A stretch of 64,000 nucleotides of DNA from Eledone cirrhosa. Its lineage: Eukaryota. The notes under the pieces are model-generated. The model saw only the letters and a program-made list of their open reading frames with translations. It did not search any database and was not told the origin of the DNA. The stretch covers positions 98,766,001 through 98,830,000 of the forward strand of contig OZ024742.1 in the NCBI GenBank assembly GCA_964016885.1, read 5' to 3'. The position numbers were made by a program, and so were the translations under genes. Positions 1 through 18,409 of the stretch are shown here, one piece after another (position 1 is the first letter of the stretch; each line of letters begins with the position of its first letter).

Positions 1-1974
1 CTACGGTCACTTTCTTCCTGCTTTTAACGAGGCCTTGTAGCAATTTAACCTCTCAATTTCTACCTTATATTCAACCTCATTATCGAGAGGTCATTTGTTT
101 CAGTAAATACCATTTAGGTAATCTGTACACTATGTTGTTAATAGAGCTACAAAGCCTCCCAGTATAATGTTAATTTTGTTTTCGAATCACATATACTTAT
201 TGTTGCTTTTTATCATATTATATCGTTGAAATTGTAGATTGGCTACGATAATACCAAAGTTATATATCTAATCATTACGCATGAATGACGAGGTGGTATA
301 GGTGTCTAGAGTTTCCAGCCATATTGCAGTGTTTTGCAGGTCTCAATCGCACCAGTCATTAATTTGGTACTTTTGTCAGATCCGCGAATACGAGGCATTT
401 GTTTAGAAACGGGCATTTCTTGCCTAGTCAGAGCTACACTACAACTTTATGAGAGTTGTTTTGTCAACCAGTGTCTACCACTGTTGTCCGGGTTTGATTA
501 TTCGTCCTGGAGGAATTCGCTCATATCGCAAATAACCGTCGTATCTGGTGGTTATATAGCTATTCACCACATTCGCCCCGTTCTCTAACAGAACAGCTCT
601 GCTGAGACCATTGTTTCTCATTTCTTGCTCTATTTTGAGCTAATAAACGTGCCCCGTTCACAAAGACCTTTATGTCAGCCTAAGCTTAAAGAGGCAAGAC
701 CCAGTAACATCCTAATTTCCCTAGATAAATGAATATTGAATATTGGGTACATTAATCGAAAAGAGAATTGAAAATTTACTTTCCCAAATATATATTGCCA
801 CACTCTCTGAGTATATTTATTCTGCTCTAAAAACCCTACTGTATGTAATCTATGTTGGCAGAGAGAGTGTGTTAATTACCCGAACGATAATAGACAGCAT
901 AAAGGGAAGAAAGGAAACAAACAGCTATAAAGATGAACATTTGCGTAGGCCTGTGCCTCTGTACCATTCGGTCAACAAAGCATCATTGCAAGAACCCGAA
1001 GTATATGTGCCGATAACCAGACTGCTGTGTTTCTCAAACATTTGCTAGATTGTTGCAGTGATGAGGAGCCTTTGAATGACTGACTAGATCTGACAACATT
1101 CTGTAACGTGAGAAACGACAGATGTTTCATATATCAAAAGCACAAACACTACTTATCTATGTTGGTCATTTTCTGTAACTGTCCATAGTTAATGCGCATG
1201 AAATTACACTAGGGTTTCGTGTGGTACATTCCTACTATGTACTTTTGTGATTTTGTTTTTATTCTGCCATCGCTAAAGTGAGTCAAATTTAAAAGTTGGG
1301 AATCTTTTATGAATTCAGATGTTTTCTAAAACTTATGTAATCTAAACTATGATAAAGGAAGGTCTCCGGGACTGCGTACGGTTTATTTTTTTTTTATCCC
1401 GTCAGTAAAATAAGTTGGATTACTTTGAATAAATAATCAATGAATATTACATAATTTATCTAGTAAATTTCGTAAACAAAAATAATTTCGTAAAAATAAA
1501 TAATTTAAAATTGACTTCTTTTCAAATTTGCACTTCCGGTATATCGTTGCGACCACCACCACTTCAACTACCATATATATAGAAAGAGAGATTGTGTGAT
1601 GTCAACACTTTCGGTGGCGATCACTTAAATAAACATACTATTTTTCTGTCACTAATTTTCTCCTATTGCAGTTTATATATAATATCGTCTTTTTTTAATG
1701 TATCATGGATTACGTTACTGATTACATAATACAGTGTAACATCGTCTTCGTTCAATTCCTGTTTATATTGTCAATTACGATTTTATTTGATGTATCATAT
1801 CTACATGTATATATATACCTGCGTATAATAACAATATACACATTACACATGCTAGCAGAAAACCACCCGAAGGGTGGTTTTTCTACTACTAACTATAATA
1901 TCCGTGGGCACATCACAGTAATTTCTATTGGACAGGTGACGCATCAGAATTTCTGGGCTAAATGCAGAAAATGA

Positions 1975-2690
1975 GGACTTCGCTTTGAGTACACAAGACT
2001 ATCGAATCACAACGTACGAACTAATATGATAAGAAATAGAACTGACCCAAAATGTGGATTTTGCGATGGATGGTTTCGAGCTGCAAAGTATTAGGTCCAC
2101 ATGTGTATAACATTAGACTTGATCAAATGAGGCAATATTTACACTGGGTAATATGCACGTTGTATGGCCTAAAATGGACAGAAATGATACAAGCTTAACC
2201 GAAGATACAGGAACAGAAGTCGTGGATGTGATTATCATATAGGATTTTCCTGTGAACACTGACAGATCAATCGAGTCCAATAGTCCCAATAGCATTATGA
2301 AGGACTATAACAATAAAACATGATTCTCTATTGACATGAACATTCCATCAGATTGTAACAAATCTTGGAAACAGATCCGAAAACTCTAAAGATCAGATTA
2401 TTAAAATTGACAAGATGCTGCATATTCAAGCTTGTGATGACAAAAAAAGTAAACAGAAAAAGGTTTGGATCAGATACCTAGAAAGCCATTATTGTAAGAG
2501 ATACAGAAAATAGTAGTGAATGCCACAGTCCATGTCCTAAGAATGGTATTATCAATTTAATAACTTGCAAAGAAATGTACTCTTTTGTTTCCCCCTTGTG
2601 CTATCATGCCTAAGACCTTTGATTCTTAAATGAGTATATTACCAAATTCCGCCTCAGGTATCAGGTTGACACTTAACAAGAAGCAGAATT
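1975..2690 (+). mobile_element. Degenerate 3' fragment of an R4/Dong-type (restriction-like endonuclease) non-LTR retrotransposon
   Basis: Hand translation across frameshifts and stops gives IRNRTDPKCGFC (CCHC knuckle start), QYLHWVICTLYGL and VIII*DFPVNTDRSIESNSPNSIMKDYNNKT*FSIDMNIPSD. This matches the WDF.I.TD...NRPD...ID..IP.D RLE motif. Confidence 0.7.
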
Positions 2691-2760
2691 CAAAGGAAAT
2701 TGAAAAGGAATATTTGCTTTTTTTATGATTTTCACATCGCTCCAAACTTCATTATTTTGT

Positions 2761-2940
2761 GGCAGTATAGGTAGAGGGTCGGACGCCATGCTTTCCAGCA
2801 TAGTTACGTCCCTTTACGATCTGAGTTCAAATCCCGCCGAGGTTGACTTTGCCTTTCATCCTTACGGGGTCAATAAAATAAAGTACCAGTAATGCACTGG
2901 GTAATTGCTGGCCTTGTGCCTAAAGTAGAAACAATTATTT
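2761..2940 (+). mobile_element. Abundant octopus-type tRNA-related SINE copy
   Basis: Contains ctgagttcaaatcccgccgaggttgactttgcctttcatccttacggggtc...aataaagtaccag...ttgctggccttgtgcctaaagtagaaac with an ATT tail. Nearly identical to the copy at 8020-8213. Confidence 0.85.
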
Positions 2941-3133
2941 TGGTGTAAGAAATAGATATCGGTAATGATAATGCAACCTCTTCATACCTTGTGTTTAATT
3001 GTATCATTCCTCATATTTTGTCTGGTACATAAGTTGTCGTCTTCCTAAGATATGACTTGAAAATTGAACGTTGATGTATGGGGAGCTATTAGCACGCACA
3101 AACACACACATATTTAGTATATATATATAAATA

Positions 3134-3227
3134 TATACCTACCTACACACCTATTTATTTGTCAGTTTCAAAATATGTCTTGCAGTGAGATTGAACCCAC
3201 ATCCCGTGATCGTGAAACAATCTTCTT
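3134..3227 (-). repeat. About 95-bp dispersed repeat (SINE-head-like), second copy at 5897-5991
   Basis: cctacctac..ctatttatttgtcagtttcaaaatatg.cttgcagtgagattgaaccca..ccgtgatcgtgaaacaatcttctt occurs twice. Minus strand has a B-box-like gggttcaatctc. Confidence 0.6.
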
Positions 3228-3820
3228 CATATATATATTATATGGTTTGATTTAACAATGGAATATATTAATCTTAAAATTAATAAGCAAATGTACCACT
3301 GAAACAAATCTCATAGGGTTTTATTATTACACAACATGCAACGCAGTTTGCCCCATATCATTGTCGGTTGAAAGGAGAGGAAAATGCTTTGCTCAAGAAC
3401 AAAACGTACTGCCTGGAACCGAAATCACGTTCCTAGAATTGAGCCGAATACAATAACCACGAAGTTACATGATTTCATAAAATCTCTTAAAATAAATATA
3501 TATACATATAAATCTCTCTATATATATACAACCCCATATATATATATAAATGGAATAGAATGAAACGAAATTTCATTTCTCACTCTTAGTACGGCAGTTA
3601 CTTAAATGTAAGTATGTATGTATACGTACATACATATATGTATACAGACGCACAGTAGTATATATATATATACATCCATGCACACATACATATATGCACG
3701 TATCGGTTTACTGAACATTTATTATAATGCTCGGTTTGTTTGTAAACAAACAAACAGCCCGAATTACGCCGTACAGTGTTTAGGCAACCACGTCACCTTT
3801 TTGTTCAACACTGACACAGG

Positions 3821-3865
3821 AACGATGTACTGGTTTCAAGCTTATTAGCTATCGTCAGCATCGTT
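3821..3865 (-). ncRNA. Minimal type I hammerhead ribozyme, copy 1
   Basis: Minus strand reads aacgatg CTGACGA tagct-aata-agctt GAAA cca GTA catcgtt: 7-bp stem I, intact core, GUA cleavage triplet. Confidence 0.8.
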
Positions 3866-4262
3866 TACCTTCCTGTCAGATGGTTGAACGTCTGAACGAA
3901 TATACTTTCCTTATGCATATTAACGGCTGAGCAGCCTAATTTTCATATCGAGTGAGTTTAGGGGGTCGGGCGCACAGAAAACGATAAATGGAATAGAATG
4001 AAACGAAATTTCATTTCTCACTCATAGTACGGCAGTTACTTAAGTGTAAGTATGTATGTATGTATACGTACATACATATATGTATACAGACGTACAGTAG
4101 TATTTATATATCTACATACATGCACACATACATATATGCACGTATCGGTTTACCGAACATTTATTATAATGCTCGGTTTGTTTGTAAACAAACAAACAGC
4201 CTGAATTACGCTGTACAGTGTTTAGGGAACCACGTCACATTTTTGTTCAACGCTGACACAGG

Positions 4263-4306
4263 AACAATGTACTAGTTTCAAGCTTATTAGCTATCGTCAG
4301 CATCGT
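4263..4306 (-). ncRNA. Minimal type I hammerhead ribozyme, copy 2
   Basis: Minus strand reads acgatg CTGACGA tagctaataagctt GAAA cta GTA cattgt. Stem III is the palindrome ACTAGT, typical of dimer-active minimal hammerheads. It lies 442 nt from copy 1. Confidence 0.8.
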
Positions 4307-4603
4307 ATACCTTCCTGCCAGATGGTTGAACGTCTGAAAGTATATACTTTCCTTATGCATATTAACGGCTGGTTGCTAAAGATTGTACGGCGTAATTCGG
4401 GCTGTTTGTTTGTTTACAAACAAACCGAGCCCTATAGTGAATGTTCGGTAAACCGATACGTGCATATATATATATATGTGTGCATGTATGTATATATATA
4501 CATACTACTGTACGTCTGTATACATATATGTATGTACGTATACATACATACATACATACATACATACATACATACATACATACATACATACATACATACA
4601 TAC

Positions 4604-4665
<62 letters not shown>

Positions 4666-4798
4666 CGTTTCTGAATTTGTTTAGCAAGATTCTTTATCTG
4701 ATATCGTGTGTTGAAACCGATATTGTTATACTTTGGGAGGGTCATGTCGCCAATAAGAAACACACGCACCAGTTGCTTTCACTTCAATGTATTATATA

Positions 4799-5612
4799 CT
4801 AGCAGTAAAGCCCGGCGTTGCTCGGGGTCTCTCATTAGCTGTGTTAAAGTTACAATGTTAAGTTTCTTTTTTGGCTTAAAAACTGTAGTGTCTACTGTGC
4901 AGACTTGCATGTGGTGTTTTTGATTAATATTCCCTCAAACAACAATATGCCTTATGAAGTTAAGAAAACATAACGATAACCCGAATGTTATAACAAAAGA
5001 GGATGCTGGGGATAAAAACTGCACTGGTTATTTATTAACAAAGATCGAAAATGTAAACACTGCAACGCAGAGAAAAACATTAGCGTAACCAAATTATCAG
5101 TTATGTCTGTCTGCACGCCTATATCACCTCTCTGCACGACTGTCTGTCTGCACGCCTGAAATATTTGCTTGTTTTACGTAGTCTTTAAATAGACTTGTTT
5201 TCAAGTAAAAATATTGTTTTAAAATGCTTTTAAATGGAAATGAAGCAAAACGGAAGCTTAGTGTTCGAACTGATGAATTTTGCAGGTCAATATTTTGCTG
5301 GCTCGACAACTTTTCGTGTATTGTGTTAATGTCATTTTAAACGCTGAGAAAGCCAGCGTAATTTTTTACGTAAGACGCTCAATGTAAACAGAATAAAGGG
5401 AAATAACTGATAACTTACGCTCAAAAATCGATACATTATATTCGATTTCGTCACATAGGGTGGGTCAATTTGAAATTTATTTTTCCGATGTCTTCGCTAG
5501 GGCTCAATGTACAAGTATCGCAATTTCGGTGCAATTCCGTCAGAGATTCTAAGAGGAGATGTGTGCCAAAAATCGATAAACAGACAGACAACCACAGTTT
5601 TATATATATAGA
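4799..5612 (-). mobile_element. Non-autonomous Helitron
   Basis: Minus strand starts A|TCtatatatataaaa and ends with the hairpin cccgagcaacgccggg followed by CTAG|T. This is an A/T insertion site with no TSD. Confidence 0.8.
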
Positions 5613-5866
5613 TTTATAAATTTATAAATTTACAAACTTATAAATTTCTGGTTGGTTGGTTGGTTCCACAACCAGATAGTTGTTTATATATAGTCATAGT
5701 CCTTTCGTCACAGACTCTGTGACCTCTTCAGTGACTGGGGATTCCTTTCTTCGTTTCTGTGCCTTTCCTTTCTTCTATGCTACGCCATTTTGTTTCTGTG
5801 TGTGTGTTGTGTGCTCAGTTTGCGCATGCGCCACATCCGGGTGTCTGTGTGTGTTTGTGTTCATTT

Positions 5867-5904
<38 letters not shown>

Positions 5905-6696
5905 ACCTACCCATCTATTTATTTGTCAGTTTCAAAATATGACTTGCAGTGAGATTGAACCCATATGCCGTGATCGTGAAACAATCTTCTTAAGCACGCA
6001 TCCATTTATTCAATGTGTTTGATTATATTATTTCTATCTTGCTTTCATTTCTCTCTTTCTTCTCTTCCTTTCACTTACATCTATCACACAACAAAACCAT
6101 GAAAATAGGGGTGATGTAAGAGAGAATGGAGGCGGGGTAAATATAAAGGAAATTGACTAAAGAAACATAAGCGAAAATGAAAATGGCTTTTGGTTTTGGG
6201 TGTTTTAAGAAGATCGGGGTCATTTCGTATTGGGTCATAGCTTAGCTGCGCTTCTTTGATGTTTACGAAGCAATTAAGATATTGTCGCTGAAGAACTGGC
6301 GGAATCTGTGAAAAACCTACCGGAAACGACGAACATTATTAAGATATCAAGACATTTCCAGAGAATATCCTCCCTAATATGTTCTCAACATAACATTAGC
6401 TCTTCGAATATTAGCGACAAAAGAAAAATGAAAAAGAGAAGAGCGAACGGGAAAGAAAAGATGGTGATTAGGAAAAACTGAACTGAAGAGTTTGCTAAAC
6501 TTTTTCCAATTTATTTGCTTCCTGACTTGTCGAGATTTTGCAAAGATTAGTGCTTTGTCAAGGAGTGACCATTTCCACGAAAGACACTTCTCTGCCAAAT
6601 TATTTACAACTATTTGGCGAAAAGCAATTTTTATTCTGCTCTCATCAATTTCGTTTAGTTGTCGTTCATTATTGTTGTTGTTGTGTTACCCATTAT

Positions 6697-6783
6697 TTTA
6701 CTATTATTACTATTATTATTATTATTACTATTATTATTATTAGAATTATTATTATTATTATGATTATTATTATTATTATTACC

Positions 6784-6821
<38 letters not shown>

Positions 6822-6828
6822 CACCAGC

Positions 6829-6872
<44 letters not shown>

Positions 6873-6915
6873 CAGCAGCAGCGGTAGCAGTAGTAGTAGT
6901 AGTAGCAGCAGCAGC

Positions 6916-6955
<40 letters not shown>
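6697..6955. repeat. Compound trinucleotide microsatellite (ATT)n-(AGT/AGC)n
   Basis: Directly visible; explains the poly-I, poly-S and poly-T ORFs. Confidence 0.95.
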
Positions 6956-6956
<1 letters not shown>

Positions 6957-7207
6957 AGAAGGGGAAGGAGGAGGATTTGTTCATGATGCTGCTTTGGATT
7001 CTTTAGAGTTTATATTATTTTCTTTGTTCATTTGGTATTTGAGTGACAATCCAATATAGAAAGATATATTCGTTTTTTTCTTTTCTCATCGTTTTCCTCC
7101 ATTTTCTCATATACCTGATATCCATTTCTCTCTCTCTTTAGGTCTCTTCCTCTGTATATCTGACTATTTGCCCCATATCTGTCTCTCTCCGATTCTCTCT
7201 AATGCCA

Positions 7208-7238
<31 letters not shown>

Positions 7239-7261
7239 TTATTCACACATGTATATATATA

Positions 7262-7364
<103 letters not shown>

Positions 7365-7884
7365 ATATATATACATGCATATATATGTGTGAGTATATAT
7401 ATATATGTCTCCCCCCCCCTCTCTCTCGTACTAGCTCTTGGCGATACAAACCAAACCACAATTGCATATTTCATAAGATGTAATAAATGGCTGCTGGGAA
7501 ATTTTTGTGGGGAAACAAAACGAAAACAATTTTCTACAAACTTCAAAGTGGCGTTCAGATGGTTTTGTCATTTTGTAAAATGGCATCCATCATTAGAGTA
7601 AGCATTTCTTGGTGATTTTACATGTTGATCAGCTGGGAATTTTATTTTTGTTGCTTGTAATTTTGTTTTTATTATTGTTGTTGTTTGTTGTGTTTTAGGA
7701 AAAGTCATCTATTTTGAATCAACAATTCGTATCAACATGTCCCGTTTTCGTTCTTTCTTTGAAGTTATTTGATTTATGTATTGCGTTAGCACAAAATGTA
7801 AACGAGGACAAAAACAAAGTGAAAACCAATTTTTTTTTTTTTGAATTGATAAATAGCGTCAACCCAAGCAGAACACTAAGTCAG

Positions 7885-8890
7885 ACAGCTGGAATTAAGT
7901 TGAGCCAAGGAACAAGCTTGATTTAGCTTGAGCCAACGAGGAAGTTTCGTGCACTATAGACCCTGGATCCTTTTTCAACAGAATTGGATAGCTGGATCTA
8001 TTATTCTTTTATTATTATTGAGGCAGATGGATTGGCAGTATCGGTAGAGGTCGGACGCCATGCTTTCCAGCATAGTTACGTCCCTTTACGATCTGAGTTC
8101 AAATCACGCCGAGGTTGACTTTGTCTTTCATCCTTACGGGGTCGATAAAGTAAAGTACCAGTAATGCACTGGATAATTGCTGGCCTTGTGCCTAAAGTAG
8201 AAACAATTATTATTGAGGCAGATGGATATGTTTGGCCGATTTGAAAGCTAGTTCAAATTTCAGGCAATAAAACAGCTGGTTTCCTTTGATCCGCCGAGAA
8301 AAATAGGGTACATTAGGGGTCCTAGGTTTTATTGTCAGATAGTTATGCAGCTGGATCTAGTTTGAGCCAGTGAGAAGATAGATATATGCTAAGCTGGGTC
8401 AGAGTTCAAAAAATTTAGACAGAAGCATCTACTTTTAGCTACTGAGAAATATGGAAGTATACTAAGTCAATTAGCGAGCTAGATCAATTTTCAGCCCAAT
8501 AGACATCGGCATACGCACCATCTATGTCCTCTCAACGAGAGAGCCAAGTAAACTTTCAATCAGTAGGCTGGTGGATACAGACTGAGCCAATGGGAAAGAC
8601 AAATCCAGTTCCAGCTAATTAAACAATGTGAATACGTAACCTAGTGTTAGAATTTCGACCATTAGGTCATCATCTCGATTCTTAGAACGGCAGACACGTT
8701 GTGTTCTTGAAAAGAACGTGTCATTTCAGACTGTTTTTCAGCATATCTCCTAAGAGATGCAGGCCCGAAGGAGGCTATAGACGTATATTGAGATGAACTG
8801 TAAATTATATTCATTTCATTTCAATTTGAGAGTTGGTACTAATTGAAAAGCTAATGAAACGTCAGTTCTAATTTGAGCCAATAAGATAGC
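7885..8890 (+). repeat. Highly degenerate ~28-30 bp minisatellite, consensus about AGCTGGATCTAGTTTGAGCCAAT
   Basis: Variants of the motif recur near 7887, 7915, 7990, 8246, 8274, 8349, 8392, 8477, 8566 and 8865. Confidence 0.55.
8020..8213 (+). mobile_element. SINE copy bracketed by a 22-bp direct repeat
   Basis: Same family as 2761. attattattgaggcagatggat occurs at 8011-8032 and 8206-8227. Confidence 0.85.
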
Positions 8891-11880
8891 GGCATTACTA
8901 AGCTCGCGTGTTTGTTTGATTGTTTGCTTCTTTTGCTTTTCGTTTATTTTCCTTTCCGTCAAATGAGTAGAGGGGCAGTACTCATTATATTTACACACCA
9001 TATTGAATTGATAACATCGATGCAATTTATGTTCTGCTTCAACATGTGTAAGAGAATTTCTGTATGAAAATCCTGAGGCTGAGATATTCTAGGTAAATAA
9101 TTGAAAACTGTTATTAGTGCGGGATATGGACGGTGGTGCAGGGATAAGAATGTAATAGAGGAGAAAAGGAAGTGCTGATTTGCATTGGCTGAAGCTGATA
9201 GCTAATTAAAAGGCAGTGGACTATGTAGCAACAGTAAAACAAGCAGAGAGAGAACAGGATACAACGGTGGACTTGTGCACTTTGGTGGATATGCAGGTGA
9301 AGGAATGGCGGATACGGAAAGACCCGTTAGAGCCTGTAAGAGTGGTGAGGGTGGAAATAAAGGGACAAGTGTTGCAGCGGGAACGGGAACAAGGATGAGA
9401 ACCGAGTGGAGTCGTGGGAGAGGACGAAAAGGAACTGCGAACCAGGAGGTCGCGAGGGTTGCGGGCGCGCTTAAAAGCAGTAATGGGTGGGTTTTGAAAA
9501 AAGCGAGAAGTCACGGGGTCAGAAAAGGGGATACGGAAGGAACGGAGGATATCTCGCTGGAGTGGTACGGCAATGGGGTGGTAGGTGAGAGGGAAAGGAA
9601 CAAGGGTGAGGTGAGAGGGCTGTGGTGCGGTCTGTTTCACGGGCGCGGGTGAGAGCAGCTTGGATCAGGGTGGGGGATATCGACGCTGGATGAAGCAGGA
9701 AGCCATGCGAAGGGAATCGGTTTCAAAATCGTCGTCCTGGCTACAGTGTCGACGTAGAATTGGGAATACGGTATGGAGAGTCAGGTGTGGGTTGGATGGG
9801 AGGAGGTGAAGTCGAGGTAAGATTGGGAGTCTGTTGGGTTAATGAAGATGGAAATAGAGAGGGTGTGGTGAGAGTGATTAATAAACAGAGAGATATCTAG
9901 AAAAGCGACAGAATAATCGGAGACGAAGGAGGTGAAATTGAGAGCAGGATGGAAAGATTGGACAAAAAAAAGAAAACATTCGAACTGTTCTCGTGATAGA
10001 GAGGTGGCGCCGATACAGTCGTCGATATAACGACCGTATCGCTCAGGAATCGGTCCAGCGTACTGGGAGAAGATCAGGGCTTCGACGTAGCCAGCAAACA
10101 AGTTGGCATAGTTTCGACCCATTCTGCTTCCCATCGCTACCCCAGAGAACTGTTGATAAAATTCACCCGAAAAAGAAAATCCATTGAGGGTGAGAACAAG
10201 CTCAGCCAGAGGGAGAAGAATTGTAGTGCTAGGGTAATGAATATGGCGTAAATCTAAAAGATGTTGGAGTGCGTGGAGGCCGTCATCATGAGGGATGACG
10301 GTATAGAGAGAGGTGGTGTCCAGGGTAAAGAGAAGGCGGGAGTGCCCAGGAGGCAAGGAGAAAGAGTTGAAGAGTCTAAGGGCATGATTTGTATCGTGGA
10401 TGTAGGAGGGGAGTTGACGACCAACGGGGCGAGGATGGTGTTTCAGAAATTATCTCGGTGGGACAGTTGCACACAAAAACTATAGGACGGCCTGGATTAT
10501 ATTGTTTGTGTATTTTGGGGAGGAAGTAGATGGTGGGTGTGCGAGGGGTGCGTACAATAAGGTTGGTGGCTTGGGGGGGGGGGGTAGGAGAGAGGAGGAG
10601 ATGAGTTCATGGATGGTGGAGGGCACGAGTTGTTGGTAGCCAGGAGTGGGGTCGGAGGATAAAGGGCGGTAAAAAAGGTTATTGTGAAGCTGGCGGAGGG
10701 CCTCAGCCCTATAGAGGTCAGCGCTCCAAACCACCACAGTGCGACCTTTGTCAGCGGGTTTGATGACAATGTGATCGCGACGCCGAAGGTTGCGAAGAGC
10801 GGAGAGCTCAGTCCGCGTGATGTTAGAGCGACGAGAATGTTGGTGTAAACGGAGCAGATTCACAGTACGCTGGCAAGTATCGAGAAAGGAGTCGAGGGTG
10901 CTGAACTGACCAGAGCTCGCCGTCCAATGTGATTTCCGGCGACTGAGACGAGTGAAGTCATCCGTCTGTCGATGATGGCGTGTCGTGAAAAAAAGCTTTC
11001 AGCTTTAATCGACGGACGAACCCTTCAATTAGGGCACGTGTGTGGTATTCTCGTCGCAAGTGAATGTTGTTGGTTTAAAACGCAAACCACGGGCGTGGAG
11101 GAGCGCTCAGCTTCGAAGAGAGGTAGGTACTGGGATATGGTGACTACGGTGCAGTGACGTGAGGGAGTGTAAGAGATGGAGGCGGAGAGGCCAAGGTGGT
11201 TGGGCAAAGCTGTGCCGATTCAGTGGTGGGGAGAGGAAAGGGGTGGTAGATGACGGGATAGAGGGGTTAGGGTTGGAGGTGATACGAGTATGGGTGGTGA
11301 CGGCAGGCGGAGGGCGGAGAGAGTCGAGTTTGTGGTTTTTTACGGAAGTGAGGAAAAAAATAAGGAGGCGATTGAGGTAAAGGATGACTTGGATAAGGGA
11401 TTGGGCGAGGAAAGGGTGGCAAGTGGAGGAGAGATGGAATTAGGCCTTGGGGAGATTTCGATTGAGAGAATGGATTTGGGCGAGAGTTGATCGAATGGAG
11501 GCTCGCATGAGCTGGAGAGAGGAGCGGGTAAGGATGAGACCAGTGGTGGGAGCAGAGTAGGTTTTGGGGTGAAATTTGATGCGGAAACCACGGGGAATGA
11601 GGTGGTGGTGGAGACAGCGATTTAAAAATGTGATGTGACAGTTATCGTATTTTGGTGAAGATGGGGTTGGTGAGATGCAGGGAGGTTTGGCTGCATATAG
11701 GGAGGGGGGAGGTTGGAGGCAGCGCTTGAAAGTAAAATGGGGCTGATAGAAAACAGATTTGAGATTGACGGTACTATGGTGGGAGTGAAAAATAGAGGGG
11801 TGAGAAGAAGAAGGTGGGGGTAAGAAGAATGTAGTAGAGGAAAGTGGTAGAGAGACGTGGAATATTTAAATGCAAGAAGC

Positions 11881-16654
<4,774 letters not shown>

Positions 16655-17005
16655 ATGCTGAGGATGGCTCTGAACATTAATCAGTATACACTGAGGATGA
16701 AAAACTCAGAGCTGTATGGAAGCATCCCAAAAGTCAGCTCAAAAGTGACACAGAGGAGACTGAGGTTGGCTGGACATGCTCACCGACATCCAGAGTTGAC
16801 ATTGCACTCAGTGCTCCTTTGGGAGCCCCTACATGGACACACTAGAAGAGGAAGACCAAGGTTAACATATGTTGATGCCCTAAGGACAGACACTGGTCTG
16901 TTGGAGATGCAGGATATGGCAGCGATAATGAGGGACAGAGACCGCTGGAGAGAACTCGTCCATGGATCTCGGGAATTTTACCCGCCTTAGATAGATAGAT
17001 ATATA
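16655..17005 (+). mobile_element. 5'-truncated RTE/RTE-X-type LINE 3' end embedded in (TA)n
   Basis: Open frame [66 protein letters not shown] with stop at 16990, then a short (TAGA)n tail. Confidence 0.85.
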
Positions 17006-17262
17006 TTTGATATATGTATATGTATATATATATGTATGTATATATATATGTATATATATATATGTATGTATATATATATGTATATATATATGTATATATA
17101 TATGTATATATATATGTATATATATATGTATATATATATGTACGTATATATATATGTATATATATATGTATATATATATGTATATATATATGTATATATA
17201 TATGTATGTATATATATATGTATGTATATATATATATGTATATATATATATGTATATATATG

Positions 17263-17307
<45 letters not shown>

Positions 17308-17328
17308 GTATGTATATATATATATATA

Positions 17329-17385
<57 letters not shown>

Positions 17386-17442
17386 TGTATATATATGTAT
17401 GTATATATATATATATAATATGTATATATATATATATATATA

Positions 17443-17493
<51 letters not shown>

Positions 17494-17511
17494 AATATAT
17501 GTATATATATT

Positions 17512-18409
<898 letters not shown>

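Larger units (their letters stand above)
3546..4560 (-). mobile_element. Non-coding hammerhead-bearing element: two ~440-bp direct units plus an inverted partial copy (retrozyme / Penelope pLTR-like)
   Basis: Units start at 3546 and 3984 (ataaatggaatagaatgaaacg). 4371-4545 is the reverse complement of about 3613-3789. Each direct unit has a hammerhead. Confidence 0.8.

Noticed and set aside
6492-7059. Poly-S, poly-T and poly-Y ORFs
   Set aside because: Trinucleotide microsatellites with no domain or splice evidence.
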